Positions 10,501-23,410 of a stretch of DNA of 64,000 nt are shown piece by piece (the first letter of the stretch is position 1; every line of letters starts with the position of its first letter). Where the stretch lies: NCBI GenBank assembly GCA_036172245.1, contig JAYWIR010000039.1:1054001-1118000 (forward strand), written 5' to 3'. The position numbers and the translations under genes were made by a program. The notes beneath the pieces were generated by a model. It worked only from the letters and a program-made list of their open reading frames with translations. It was not told where the DNA came from and did not search any database. Source of the DNA: Raillietiella orientalis. Its lineage: Eukaryota.

Positions 10501-13229
10501 CATCCATTTCGTGAGATGTATGTGGTACCCATGCCTATCTCATGAGATCACTGGGCTGGGACCAAAAGGTGTCTGTTCTAATGGATGATTTGCAAGTCGA
10601 CCCGGCAGCTTGCAGAGAAGCTCTAGCTCCTCACCGGTGGCGACCCCCTTCGGCTCCCGTTCGATGATGGCAGCCTTCGACTGCGCGAGCCAGAAACTCC
10701 TCTTAAATCTCCGGGACCACCTAGGCTTACCGGCGTCCTTGCTGCCTACCTGTGCTCTGCGTAGCGCAATGCGCTCATTCCTTTCAGCGGCTGCCACGCA
10801 TACGGCGTGCGGATCCGTCAGGGAGACAACATAGGAGTCCTGGTCCTACAGCATCCACCTTGAGCTGGCAGCTGAATGGGTGCAGAAAACTTCCGAGGAC
10901 CGCCATCCAGTATCCCTTGTCTGTGCCCCGTGGTAGCCCACGAGGACGGGCTTCCTCTTCTCCCCATGTCCACTTAGACGGCGTCTCTGGAGGTATTCTT
11001 CGGGCGGATCCTCCTGGAAGCGAGCACGAGCGCCGACAAGACGGGGTCAGTGGTCGTGTCTATCGGAACATCTCGTTGCGGACCGCTGAATCGCACCAGC
11101 TCGAGAAGCTTCGTCTTCTCAGTGCCTCTGCGATGCAGAAGTCTGGTTTGGCTGCCCCCGGAAGGTGTTGAACCCTCCCCCAGGTGGCAGGTCTGTCTTA
11201 ATCTACCTTTCCCAGACGATCCTGCAGATCGCGAGTCTTTGTTCCTCCTGTTCATCGACCACTGCTTCTTGTTTGCCATCCCACCTTACGGGGCTGAAGA
11301 ACGAGCAGAAGGCCTTGTGTGCAAGGCTCTGTGAGGATTGCAACGAGGTCAAGAGTCTGAACCGAAGTCTTGCTGACTTCCACTTCGAGATGCTGGACGT
11401 GGCATTTTCGCCCCTGAAGAGAGGACAAGTCCGTCTCCTCAGGACGCCGCTCACAGTCCGGGAGTGGACAAGCTGTGCAAACAACACCCTCCGGCATGCG
11501 GTCCACTGCATAAGGGCAGCAGCACCTCTTCTCAGAAGCCGCAACAGGCTGAAGCTTTGGGGATTCCCTCTGAAGAGCTTGGATTCCCTACTGCGAAAGC
11601 ACGCGTAAGGTCTTCTGGTGACTAAAGAATTGCAGCACACAGTAGTAGGGACACATGAATGCCTGGGGACCAGCCCGAAGTGCTTCGTCCCATCCCACAT
11701 CTCGGAGCAGCTCTCCTGCAGGATGGGCAACCGGGCTTCGTGGAGTGGGTGGACGCACAACTGTCCTCCCTATGGGAGCGCTACGACAGTGATCGATGAG
11801 CTGGGTTGGGGTGGGATCCCCTACCACATGGTAGAAATCAGCGAACCCACCGAAAGTTCCCGATTTGGACCGGGAACTTTCGGACGTACGGAGCCAAACT
11901 TTCGCGCCCAAGGACTGCTTTGGAAGGCCGGCAGCCTCGGCATCTCGCTAGATCCGAGAGTCGAGCGCGGGTCGAAATCTTCCGCTCGAAAGCAACTGCG
12001 ATTGGTGGTTCAAGACTCTGTCATCATGGTCACTTTGCCATCTCGAAGATCTGCCTAGTCTATGGCCACTGTCCCGGCATGCCCCTTCCCCCCCGAAAGC
12101 GTGCCTCTTGAGCGGACATGGGTCTCTTAGTGGGAAGGCAACACGAAGCAGACCCCAGTCTGATGTCTGCAGGGTCGTCCCCGACGCGAACCCAATTCCG
12201 TGATGCCCTCCGAGCGACCAGCTTTCAGAACGGCTGAACCGTTCGAACTGGAGGCAGTTACAGCACGGAAAGCAGTTGCAGTTGAAGCAGCCCCTCGAGG
12301 AAGTGCATCTTCCACTTCCTCCCTTCTGGCATCCTGAGACTTCGTTTGCTCCCGTTCTGCGACCGGAAGTCGATTTCTTCTCTCTGCAGCCGAGACGCCC
12401 ACCCACTGAAAAACAGGAAGGGATGGAATTTCGTAAGGTCAGTCGCGGTTCAACCGGTTCCTCCTGCTGCAGGGCAGACGAAAGCAGGCGCTTCCCTCGT
12501 GGCCTTCGTGGGACACATGCAGAACGCCCACTCTGCCGAGGTGAGCCACTTTCCTTTTTGTCAAGTTCTCGAGGAGCCGCCCTTCTAGTCGAGTTAGTCT
12601 GTGTTGGATGCACCGAGGTGAAGGCGTAAGAGTTCTCATCCAAGTTTCATCCTGCATCAGCCCGAATGCCAACATTCCCGAGAACGGGTAAACTGGATGG
12701 CGGGATCTTAGGAAACGCAGGAAAAAGGCTGTGTTGTGTAAGGACCAAGGAGGCCAATGAGCAAGCTGATCGGGAAGAGAAGGAGGTGGGCATGGGCAAC
12801 AAACGAAGCCTGGAACAAGGCGAACTCGCCGCCAGCAGCAGGGAGGCCGGGAACCGTTTCCCTGGTTGTGGAAATCCGTTTGATGCTCAGTCGGTGCTTC
12901 CTCGCAGCTCGAGAGGGGTCAACGGGTTCGTGGACTGCGTCGGCAGCGCGCCGTTCTTGACTCTATGGTCGTCCTCCCCCCACCTGCCCCCTCCCCTCGA
13001 ACGCCACTTGCTGACGCGGCTCGATCGGTCTGAGCCACGCAACCTGACCCCCTTCCTCTTCCTCTTCTTGGAGCGTTCCGCACGCCAGGTCCCGTTCCGC
13101 TGCGTGCCCTTCCGGACGAGTCCGTCCTTCAGAACTCAAGAAAAGAGGTTGCAAGTCACCTGGTAGCCGGGGGCAACCCGTCCACTCAGGAATGAGCACT
13201 TACTAGCCAAGGAACGCGCGTACCCGGAT

Positions 13230-14600
13230 TGTGGAGAGGGAACCTGACATCGGAGCGACCTCTTCCGGTTCTACCATGGGGAGCAAAGAGCGCGGACAAA
13301 GATGAGGACCCAGCGCCAGAACTCAGGAGTTGAGTTCTGCACGGCTTGCGGCGGAGCGAATTTTTCACGAGTCCCTAACACTAGACAAAGACTGGAATGG
13401 CTAAGGAACAAATCACAGGAGGATTATTTGAAGCAGAAGGCGGCGTTGCAAAAGGCCGTCCTTCGCTGCGGCCGTATCGATAAGAGGGTCATCAAGGGAA
13501 ACATGGGAGACCTCGGAAGCGAAGTGAAAGCCAAAAGAAAACAAGGAAACCCATCAGGGAAGAAGATGCAAATTGCAGGCAAGGTGGCTCACCTTAAGTT
13601 GTTAGCAGTGCCACCAATCTATTGAGAACTTTGTGAGCGTTCATGCAGAAGAAACCAGCCCTGAAGTTTATGCATAGGGGACCAAGAAGCTCTCTTGTGG
13701 TGACCTTCTACACACCGTTCGTCGAACTCGAAGAATGCAAGAAGGAACATCCTGCTCCGGTGTACGACCATGAGGAACTGAGACGGTGGTTAGCAGCACA
13801 ACCAGGCGTGCAACGGTCCTCGTTCGTCTCGTCACCCGTGTGTTTGCCGAAGAAGGCCGAAGTCTTGTCACTCGAGAGACAAGCTAGAGAGCCAAAGGTC
13901 CTCCGAACCAGGTTTCTTGGAGAAAGTTCCTCTTGATGACAGCGACTGCGTGGCTGAAAATCTCGGAGGAAAGCAGCAGCAGCAGAGTAGGCCCGTTGCG
14001 CCATGGTAAGGAAGAATCGGGAGGCTGGCGGGAATTTTCTCCAGGTGAAAAACAGACCCTCCGGGCGACCGCTGCCATCACACGTGGACCTCGAAGCCCC
14101 AACCGGTTCCAGGAGTGCCTGAGACCGTCGGTGGAGTGCTGCCGGCGGCAGCGGAAGAGGACGAACGGCTAGCGAACCAGGGAAAACAATGAAACCGGGC
14201 TCAAGGGGGTCAGGGATTCCCACCCTTTCTCCTCCCTGGAACCCAATGCTTCGCGTGGGAGAGGAGAACTTTGGGCGTCAGTTGACTCCTCAGGGACTCC
14301 CAACGATTTGTTCCAGGAGATTCTTCCCAATAGGTGAATCACGGTGGGTGCTGCCCTGATCTGCTTTTCCTCGGCCCTGAAGTGGCCCGGAGAACATCAG
14401 ATTCCGGAGCAGGAGCGTTGCTTGTCTTTTCCTTGCCGAAGGGCAGGGGGGGAGCGTTTCAGCATTCATGGTGAAGGTGACCCACGGAAGGTGGATCAGT
14501 CGCCTACTGCAGTTCGTGAATCCCTGGCGACACGTTGGCGATTTTCGAGGGCGCCCGATCCACTTTTAATGGATCCGATGTCGTTCCTCCTGACCCGACT
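13230..14600 (+). mobile_element. Possible decayed LINE ORF1 (RRM/zinc-knuckle-like) and start of endonuclease
   Basis: Broken ORFs: PVYDHEELRRWLAAQPGV; FSPGEKQT followed by a degenerate C/H knuckle; PEQER..GEGD resembling APE motifs. Weak motif recognition only. Confidence 0.35.
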
Positions 14601-14804
14601 ACTGCTCAAAGCGATCCGTTAAGGAGAACGAAATGCCACTCTGAGCACCTCCCAGAAGGGGCTGGAGAAGGGGCGGTGCTCCGGTGTTCCAAGATGGAGG
14701 CGGACAACTGACGTCACTAGCGGGCGCATTGAGCGGCGGCCGGACTTCATGATGGCGGGACTCCTGGCGTGACCAGCGTGTGACGAAAGAGAACCGCTCG
14801 AAAA

Positions 14805-15070
14805 GCGCTCGCCCGCGCGGCTGCGGCCTCCGCGCACGCAGCTCCAAGCGTCGCGGGTTCGAATCCTGTTCGGGGGAGGGGGGAAAAGATCGACGCTGAG
14901 AACGGAGGTGCGTCGTAAGTTTCGAGTTTCCCCGCAAGGTGGCGCTGGCTGGCCTATTCGGACGCGGCATTGGTGGAAACCGGATGCCCCCGGATGCCCT
15001 CGATGAGTGGAGCCGTCACCTCCCTCCCCTTCCCCCTCGAGAACAAGGAAGGGGTTCCTTTCGGGGCTCC
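14805..15070 (+). mobile_element. tRNA-headed SINE-like element, copy 2 (truncated/internally deleted)
   Basis: B-box GGTTCGAATCC 14856-14866; GATCGACGCTGAGAAC..GCGTCGTAAGTTTCGAG; GGCATTGGTGGAAACCGGATGC; GAACAAGGA. Lies ~400 bp beyond the poly(A) signal of the Tyr/Gly gene. Confidence 0.7.
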
Positions 15071-15581
15071 CTAACGAGCGCAAGAGGAACGGACGCTTCT
15101 GCTTGCGTCTCATGGGTGTGCCGGGAGCAGAACTTCCTCGAGGACTCGTTCCGCCAACCCACATGCCAATCCTTTGAACCTGGCAGCCACCTGAGCTCGG
15201 GCCCGCGCCAGGGTGGTGCACGCGGGGGAGGAGGACGGGGAGGAGAGAGGAAGGGATCCTCGAAGGAGCGGAACGCTGGGCCATGACACGAACGGCCTCT
15301 GCCGGACCTTCGAAACTCCCCCGAGGGCTCTTGGACCTTCTGCAGCAGCCGACGGGGTGGGGCAGGGGAAATTCGGCTGTCGGCTCCCCCTCCCCCTTCT
15401 TCCGGGAGATGACAGCCAGTTTCTTCCCCTCCCCGGGAAAGAAAATCCTTGGGTGGCTCTCAGTGATCCCCATCTTTTTTTTATTTCTGAAGCGGCGTCG
15501 AGAGACTTCGCCGGGCGGGCAAGAGCGTCGTGCCGGAAGGGGCGTTCCTGTGCTGGGGGCAGTCGGGGAAACGCATCTTCT

Positions 15582-16894
15582 TCAACCTTTCTTGGAGGGC
15601 TGCTTCCCCGAGGAGGCCTTAGCGTACTGATTCTCCGCGTTGGAGTATCCTCCCACGTAGTCTGCCTGCCCTCCGGCATATCCACTGTAGCCTCCATAGC
15701 CGCCTCCATAGCCGCCTCCATAGCCGCCTCCATAGCCGCCTCCGTAGCCACCGTAGCCACCTGAGTAGCCGCCGTATCCACCTGCGTAGCCTCCGTATCC
15801 ACCAGATCCACCCGTGTATCCGCCATATCCACCGTATCCACCTGCGTATCCACCATAGCCAGCGTAGTTGTTTTCGGTGTCGTAGTACGTCCCTTGGTAC
15901 TTAGGGGGGTACGTGTAGGAATTTTGGTACTTGGGATAGCTGTAGTAATTGGAGATGACGGGATGGTAGAAGTCGTTGTAGATCGTAGGGTACTTGTATC
16001 GGTTGATATAGGAATTGTAGTAGTGGTTATTGTAGGTGCTTGGGTAAATGAAGTCGTTGATGTGCTGCTTGTAAAAATAGGAGTCGTAGACGCTGGGATA
16101 AACGTAGGAATTGTAAGTGGTAGGGTGCGTGAAATAGCGCATGTAGTAGGCAGTAGGGAACACTTGGGAATTATACTGGGGTTGTCCGTAGTATGCAGAA
16201 TAATAGGGCCTGTAAACTGACACGGAAATAGAAAAAAAAAAAAAAAAAAGGGAAGGGCGTTATTACGAACACCACTGAGGGGAGTACGCTTCCCTGCCCC
16301 AACGGCGGTGGTCATGGGCGCACGCAACCCCACGAAGATTCGGTGTAGCGAGGCGACGACCCCTTGCTGCCAGACCGGCTGGGGAGCGCCGTGCGGAGGG
16401 CACGCGCGGCGAAGATTCGGACTGAACGCAGGCGACGGCCCCACGAAAGTCCCGAGCAACCCGACCCACCCGCCAACCTCCTTCAAGGTCCCAAGGGTAG
16501 ACTTCTTTCGGGCAAGCCTTCCCCTCCCCCCCTCCCGCGCGCGCGAGCTGTTGTGGAAGGAGGAGCGTGTGGCAGCCGGGGCCGCGCTCGCGTCCCCACG
16601 GCGATGGCGAAGGAAGGGCGGATAGGAAGAGACGTCCGGAGGTCATCCTTGTAGGGCAATGATCTTCGCTCCAGAGTCCGCAGTGGTACGCAGGCGAGGC
16701 GGCCGCCGGAGGCGCTCGCGCAGCGAAGGCGGAGGAGAGCCGGTGGGCGGGCTTGGCGCGCTTTCGAGCTCCTCACCTTGCCGTTTGGGCAGGAACTTCT
16801 TCCAGAACTTCTTGAACAGATCTTCCGAGGTGTCCAGGTCGCCGTCCTGCGCCTTGCTCCAGGCAAGCGAGAGAGCCGCGGCGAAGGTCACCAG
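15582..16894 (-). CDS. Secreted Tyr-rich / GGY-repeat (Gly-Tyr) structural protein; first coding exon uncertain
   Basis: Exon 16894..16777 (after TTCCAG acceptor): LVTFAAALSLAWSKAQDGDLDTSEDLFKKFWKKFLPKRQ, donor G|GTGAGG. Exon 16216..15582 (after a poly-T tract and TCAG) joins in phase 1 and encodes a Y/N/P-rich region followed by GGYG repeats. AATAAA at 15480-15485. Candidate ATG micro-exon 17777..17733 (ACCATGG, MEKVEVKQTKKTISK|GTGACG) is phase-compatible but unproven. Confidence 0.82.
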
Positions 16895-19620
16895 CTGGAA
16901 TGGCAACAAAGGTCGCTGACCCGTGGGAGACCACCTGTGCTGCGGCTCAGCGCGGCCCGCGGGAGAGTAGCCGACGGGAGCGACTCCCGCAGGGGTGCCC
17001 CCCTAGAGGGCGAGAACCGAATCGGGAAGAGCTGCCTCGAAAATCCCGGCTGCTCCCTGCCACAAAACCCGGAAGCGAAAATCCCGGCCGCCCCGTGTTT
17101 TTTCGTTTGTTTTTTTCCCGGTCGCGAGAGGCGGTGCGCTGGCGCTCCAGGCGAGACGGCGTGGACGCACTTCCGGAGCGCCTGAGGGGGAATAGGAAGG
17201 GGACGAGCGTGAGAGGGTGCAGTGGGCAGCCCGGCGCGTGGGCGGGAAGGCCTCTGCTGCATCCAGTCGAGCTTGCGCCTGGCGAGATGGTCGTCGAGGT
17301 CAACGGCTGCCAGGTGAAAACCACAGCTGCCGGGAGCGTTTTGTTCCAGCCCGTCCGAAGAGGTCCTCGGCTTCGTCCTCTAGCCCGTGACGACCGAGAC
17401 GGGAATTCACTGACCCTTCCAGGTACGGAGCCCTGGAGATGGATCGCTCCGGGGAGAGACCCAGTGGAGCTGTATTGTTCGCGGCAACAGGGACACGGGG
17501 TAGCACGCGCGCTCCCTCTGCTGGAAAGAGGAGCGGAGAGGTCGAACGCCCTTCCAGGGGGGCTTAAGGAGGCCGCAACCGAGGCTCTGCCCTCCTTTCC
17601 CTGCCGTCCTTGTGGTTTCACTTCGTTCGCGTGCCATCTGCGCCTGGCACCTTCTACGATCCGGAAGAGGCGCCGAGCTTCGGATGAGGATTCTCATTAC
17701 TCGACCACGGAGCCACAGCTGGCCGCCGTCACCTTTGAGATCGTCTTCTTCGTTTGTTTTACTTCCACTTTTTCCATGGTCAGCTCGTTTTTACGTCGGC
17801 TACCTCCCTATCTCTTCTCTTCCTCCTCGCGGAAAGCGGACCTTGTAGTTTCGAGACTGACCGCTGGATGGCACTCGGCGCCAACAGAGCTGCGTCCGCC
17901 GGGGCTGCGTAGCGCTGACCGAGGGGCACTGCACGCGCTTCCAGCAAGCGGCTGGACGTCTCCGACGCGCTGGCTGGCCATCCATAGCTGCTCCGAATGG
18001 TTCCCCCTCGAGGCTTGTGGCTCGCCAAGATCATCCTCCCGTGGAGCATGCCAGGCTTCCTCACTGCGCGACGCTGCGAGACCGAGAGGAGGACCAGGAG
18101 GAAGAAAGGGATGAACCTCTCGAGGCTCTGGTTCCTCTCTTCTGATGCCTTCACGCGAAGCGCAGGTCCACTGGCTAGTCAAGAAATCAGGTAGGCACCC
18201 CTGCACGGGAGCGGATCGATATCTCCGCCAAGGTCAAGCAATCTGGCGGCGAACGGGCGCGAGCAGCACGCACCCACGCGACATCTCCCCATCCTTTCCC
18301 GCCTGAGGGTAGAGAGAAGAGCTGCGCCAGACCAGGCGGTATGTGGTATGCTGCCGGGCTTCCCCAAGGATCCTCGAAGCGGCGGCGAACGTTTTCGCGT
18401 CGTGTTCGGAGCGGGCCTTCATCGCCCGTGCCTCGCCGCTCCAGCGAGCGAGCAGCCTTGGGATTTTCCAGGGAAGGTCGGAGAGGAGATTCTGGTTTGC
18501 GGACGAATGCTGGCAGAGAGTGGCAGGAAGAGGAAACGAAAGGGAAGGCGTGCACGCGCGCGCCATCTTCGTCCCTCCGGAACGCGACGTTGTTCGCTTA
18601 TTCGCGAGATGGCGAGTCGAGCACGCGCGTTTTCTCGGACCTCAGGCAGGGAAGATTCGGAGCCAATGGCCGAAAAGAAAGAATTTGGTGCCTTCCCCTT
18701 CCCGCTCTTCTGACTGGCCTGACCTGTATACCCCCTTCCCCATCGCACTTGAGGTGACGTGACCAGCGCGAGCGCGTATCCGACGCCTCCGCTTCCGAAC
18801 TCGTGCGGCCGATCCCCCTTTCGAGATAGCGAGAGAAGACCCGAGGTAGGTCGAGGAAGGGAGAGTCGTCCTTGGACCTCACGGAGCATGATGGCTTGGA
18901 GAGTTCACCTTCCCGTTCGCAGCGGTTCTGCTCGCAAGGGGCAGGCGAGTTTTATTGCTTCATGCGGTGGTCTGAGGTCTCTAGTCCTCGGGAAGGCCCG
19001 CCAGATGGGAAGGGGGAAGGGGGGTGAGTTCTCCCGGATGTGCTCAGGGGAAGGCCGGACCTCGCCTGCTCCTCAGGAGACAACAAAGGTTTCAGCTGGG
19101 GCACGGGGAGCACTCGCTCGGGGACAGAGGAAAGGGGGAGGAGAAAGCGGAGGCGGCAAGGGAAGCGGCGGGAGAAAGCAGCCACCCCTACGGCGGCAAC
19201 CGGAAGTTTCCAGAACCTGCGCACAAGACCGCTCAGCTCAGCGCCTCTGGGGGAAAGGGACGCTCCACATTGCCGTCCGCAGATTTCCCGCCCTACGCAC
19301 CGCCTGCCTGCGGTGCGCCTGGAGTTCGCTCGGCGCACTGCAGGCAGGCAATTCGTCGGGAGGCCCCGAGAGATTTCCGAGACTCGCTTCTCCCACTTGC
19401 CTCCCCCCTTTCTCAGCTCCAGAACGCCTTCCCTGCCCATCCTTTCCCGGTCTTCTCTCGGATTCCCCCACTGCCGTCGGAATGAGCGTCCTACGGGACG
19501 AACCCTTCCCTCCCCCTTTTTCAGGAAGGGCAGGAAGTTCTCCCCTCTCCTTCTGCTGCTGCCGTCGGCAAGACATCCTGGGGAAGAGGATGCTTCAAGG
19601 TGGACGCTTCTCGGAGAGCT

Positions 19621-19800
19621 AAGGAGGAGGAGGAATCGATGACGATGACGGTGATGCTTGTGAGAAAGAGGTGGAGGAGGAGTAAATCGATGTCGATGAC
19701 CGTGGTAATGGCGATGCTGGTGAGGAAGAGGCGGAGGAGGAATACATGACGATGATCACCGCAGTGACGACGAAGATGAAGATGATGAAGAAAATGATGG
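19621..19800 (+). repeat. Degenerate (GAT/GAG)n trinucleotide repeat
   Basis: Alternating GGAGGA and GATGAC/GATGAA tracts. Confidence 0.8.
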
Positions 19801-22469
19801 GAAAGCGGAGAAGAGTTCACTCTTCATCACTGGCTAGGATCACCAACCAGACGACGTCGTCATCCAGGAGCTCCCGTGGTGCGCGAGGGGAAGCGATCGT
19901 CGACAGCCATCCACGCGCACGAACTGGCTCTTCCGGGTAGGCAAGGGGCCGCAGCCCTCATGACCCTGGGGAGGAGGGGTCCCACGCTCCGCTTCTTCTC
20001 GCTCCGCTCGGAACGCCAGGCGCCAGGGAGGAGGGCCTTGGGCTCTCCCCGTCCTCCTCGACGGCCAGCGGGGGTTCTCGTCCCCACCCGCAGGGGCCCG
20101 GGGACCGCTTGTCGCCCCCCGTGGGGCTGGAATGGACGAAACCGACGAATGTTCCCTTGCCAAGTTTCCCCTTCCCCTTGCAACTGCTCCCACGGCTGCG
20201 GTCGTTCTCTCTGTGGCGCGGGGCTCGCCACAAAGTGAACCAAAGAAAGGTCGGAGGGACTCATGGTCGGAGCTTGGCACCTTCCTTCTCTCCTTATGCT
20301 GCCTCTCCCCACTCTTCGGGAGCGATTTCCTATCGCCTGCCTGCAGAGACGCTTCCAGACCCCGGTTTCTCCCTGTTGGGGGTGAGGTCGTCCCTCGGCG
20401 GAGACGCACGACCATCCCGGCTGCGCGCTTCGAGCGTGCGCACACCCTGGCGGGGGGAACGGAAGACGAGGCCGCCCTCTCACGATGGCGTTCGCACCTC
20501 GAGGGGCTCTCCCAGCAATGCCGGACCCTCTGGCACGGCGTGCGGCGGCTTAGCGGCAGCTGGGAGGGACCGCACCCTCGCTCGCGCTTCCGGGATCATC
20601 CGGAAGGTTCCGTGTGCAACCTCCCGGGGTCCCGGCAGCCGAGACGTTCCTGCCCGTTGCCTGGGGACGCGAGGGGTCTCGCCGGGTGCGCGGTCAAAGC
20701 AGTACTCACTGTTAGCAGCCTCATGGCGAGAGGCGGCGCGGCGGAGCCGAAGCGACTCGTAGCTGCTGCTGCTGCTGTTGGCGAGACTATGGCTTCCCTC
20801 ACAGAGTCCTCGCGTGGCACCCGGGAAGTAATACTGTCCCAACAATTGGGATTTCACTATTTATGTTTGGGGTCCGCGCCGAAGAGGTTATCTGGATAGA
20901 AATCCGTCATCGCAATGATGATGATGAAACGTTCCCCAGCCACTCGCGAACCTGTTTCAGTGAGAACGGAACCACTCATTCCCTGTTTTAGCAGTTCCCG
21001 ACTCCTTATTTTTCCCTCGGAAGACCATCTTGTCGATCTCACCGTCCAGGTGCCTTTCTAATATAACCAGTGAAAGTGTACTTTCTCTGAAGAATGATCT
21101 TTTATTCCGCGAAGGTATGTCCTTAGTTTAAGGATCTTATCAAATGAAAGGAAATAGTGGTCCACTTTATCCAAATCTCCGTTCTGATCTGCTCAGGTAC
21201 TTACACAATTTTTCTCCTGGAAAACGCTCGATCCTCTAATGCTAAATAGCAAGGCAAAGCCGATCTCCTGGAGATTATGTGCTGCTGATTTAATCTGAGG
21301 TTTTCCATCCTCCTCGCTGATGGAGAAACCAAGGTCAAAGCTATGATGATAAATTATTTGAAAGGGATTAGCAAATATTCATATCAGAGATGCCTGATCT
21401 CACATTATTGCAGCGAGGAGGAGGTGGGCTGGAAATCCAGCGTTTCCTTTTTGGATGCAGAAACTCTTCCTTCTTCGCCCTTTATCCGCCTGCTGGACGA
21501 ACTTGAGCGGTAGGCGAGTCGCTTTCGGTCCATCAGGGCCAGTCGGCCGCTGCTGCGGCAACGCCCTCAGAGGGAGTGGGGCAGAGTCGCGTAAGAAAAG
21601 ACGGGCATCCCTCGGAAATGATTTCCACCTCAGACGTGCATTTTGGCACGGCGTTTTCCTTAAGTTTGCACGCTTTTGAGACCGCAACAGGCATAGGGGT
21701 TTCACACATCCTTTCCTTTTTTTATCTTCCGTTTTCTGCTGTCGCCGCATTTTTGCCGTTTGATCGTTCCCTATCCTTTGTTGTTGTCTGATCCCTCTCC
21801 ATTGTTGTCGTCTTACTGTTGACGTCTCATCGTTGTTGCTGCTCATTCCCGGAACAGCATTCCTGGCGGGTTGAACCCAGGAGTGGGAAAGCTGTCCAGT
21901 CCGCCACTGCAGGTCGTGTTCACAACGGCTCCGGGAAGAGGCGGGATGCTGGAAGGGAGGGTCCCGTCAGGCGACCGGAAGTCACCTGAAAGGGATGAGG
22001 GCGGCATGGGAAGGAGGAGGGTCGACAGGAAGGACTGGCTGCCTGACGCTCGCGGCCACTCGGTCGGGGGGCGCCGGGGTAATCTGCCCCTCCCTAATTG
22101 GGATCCTGCCGTGGATCCCCGAACGATGGTCCCCCATCCTCCTCCGGAGGAACTGCGCCTCGACGGGAGCATCCGGTCGCAACGGGATTCAACCCTCCTG
22201 CCTCAGAGAATCCTCAGAGGATCGCAGGAACCCCTGAGAGCTCGCGTGAGCCGTCTTCGGCGAAAGACCTGCGGCATCCGGCTGGCACGCCCGGGTCTTT
22301 CCGCCGCTACGTGAGCGACCGAATGGATCCGGAAAAAGCACTGAAGATCTGCTGGCACCCACATTGGGGCCCCCGGGCAAATCGTCCATGCTGCGCTTCC
22401 GGGTCACGTGGTCGGCTCTTTGGCTGCAGACTGGCCGCTTGACACATTCCGGTGTTTACCGCCAACAGC

Positions 22470-23410
22470 AGCAGCAAGAACAATGATAATAATAACCAGG
22501 AGCACAATGATAGCAGTGACAACGGCAACAATAGCACCCGTAATAATAGCAACAGTGATAGTAAAGTGGTAATAATAGTCATAAAAGCAATGGTGGTAAT
22601 GGTGAAAATCGTAACAATGAAACGAATGCCAATAATGGTAACAATGAAAATAGCAGCAGTGTTAACCGTTACAGATAACAACAATAACGGTAATAATAAT
22701 AGTTATAGTTATAAAAGTTGCAGTAGCAGTAATGGTGAAAATAGTAATGATGGCAGCAACAACAATAACAGTGTTGTGTATAACGGCAACAACAATAACA
22801 GTGACAAGCATTGACAATGATGCTTGTAGAAATAGGGAAATAAAAGTAGTGACTATTGTATTAATGTGAGCATTAATGATCACAATGACATTGATGAGAG
22901 CAGCAGCGGCAGCGATGACGGCGCCCCGCGAAAAACAAAACAATAAGAATAGCAGTAATAACAAGAGAAATAACAATAGTAGAAGGAAAAGCAGGGACAA
23001 CAATCACTGCAATGTCAAGAACAATAGTAGTAATAATAGCTGTGGAAGTAAAAGTTAGAATCGTGATGGTAATAAAAATAGTCCTATTATTGATGGAGCA
23101 GTAATGATGATCATGGCAATAGTGGAACTAGTAGTAATCATAATGGTAAAAATAATAATAATATGGTACTGTGCTATCCTAATAGTCTACCTTGATTATC
23201 ACACTAATCAATTACTATTACCTTATGCTACTTACCATTGCCACCAATTATGATGACGATATTAATACCATGGAACGATAGTTAGATGAACCATACTGAT
23301 GTTACTGACGACAATAAAGGCAACAGCAACGAGAATACCAAGAATAGCAACACCGTCAGCAGCCACAACTTCAAGAACAGTGACGGCAATGACTATAATT
23401 CATAATGACA
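22470..23410 (+). repeat. Degenerate (AAT/AAC/AGT)n trinucleotide microsatellite, ~0.9 kb
   Basis: Continuous imperfect AAY/AGY/GAT triplets, AT-rich. The Asn/Ser-rich ORFs over it are artefacts of the repeat. Confidence 0.9.

Noticed and set aside
7600..13200. Intact genes or an intact retroelement
   Set aside because: Only short broken ORFs and faint similarity to other LINE scraps; no family or boundaries could be assigned.
14880..14935. Hammerhead ribozyme (CGAAAC on the minus strand)
   Set aside because: No CTGANGA core at a suitable position on either strand.
15110..16486. 458-aa Thr-rich ORF
   Set aside because: Alternative frame of the Tyr/Gly exon; splice phase and signal peptide support the Tyr/Gly frame.
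16900..20899. Many long Arg/Pro/Gly-rich ORFs
   Set aside because: Overlapping in several frames with no recognisable domain; expected in GC-rich decayed repeat sequence.
21860..22200. Possible MITE terminal inverted repeats (GGGTTGAACCC / GGGATTCAACCC)
   Set aside because: Short, imperfect match; no target-site duplication or second copy seen.
22307..23058. Asn-rich and Leu/Ile-rich ORFs
   Set aside because: Translations of a degenerate trinucleotide microsatellite.
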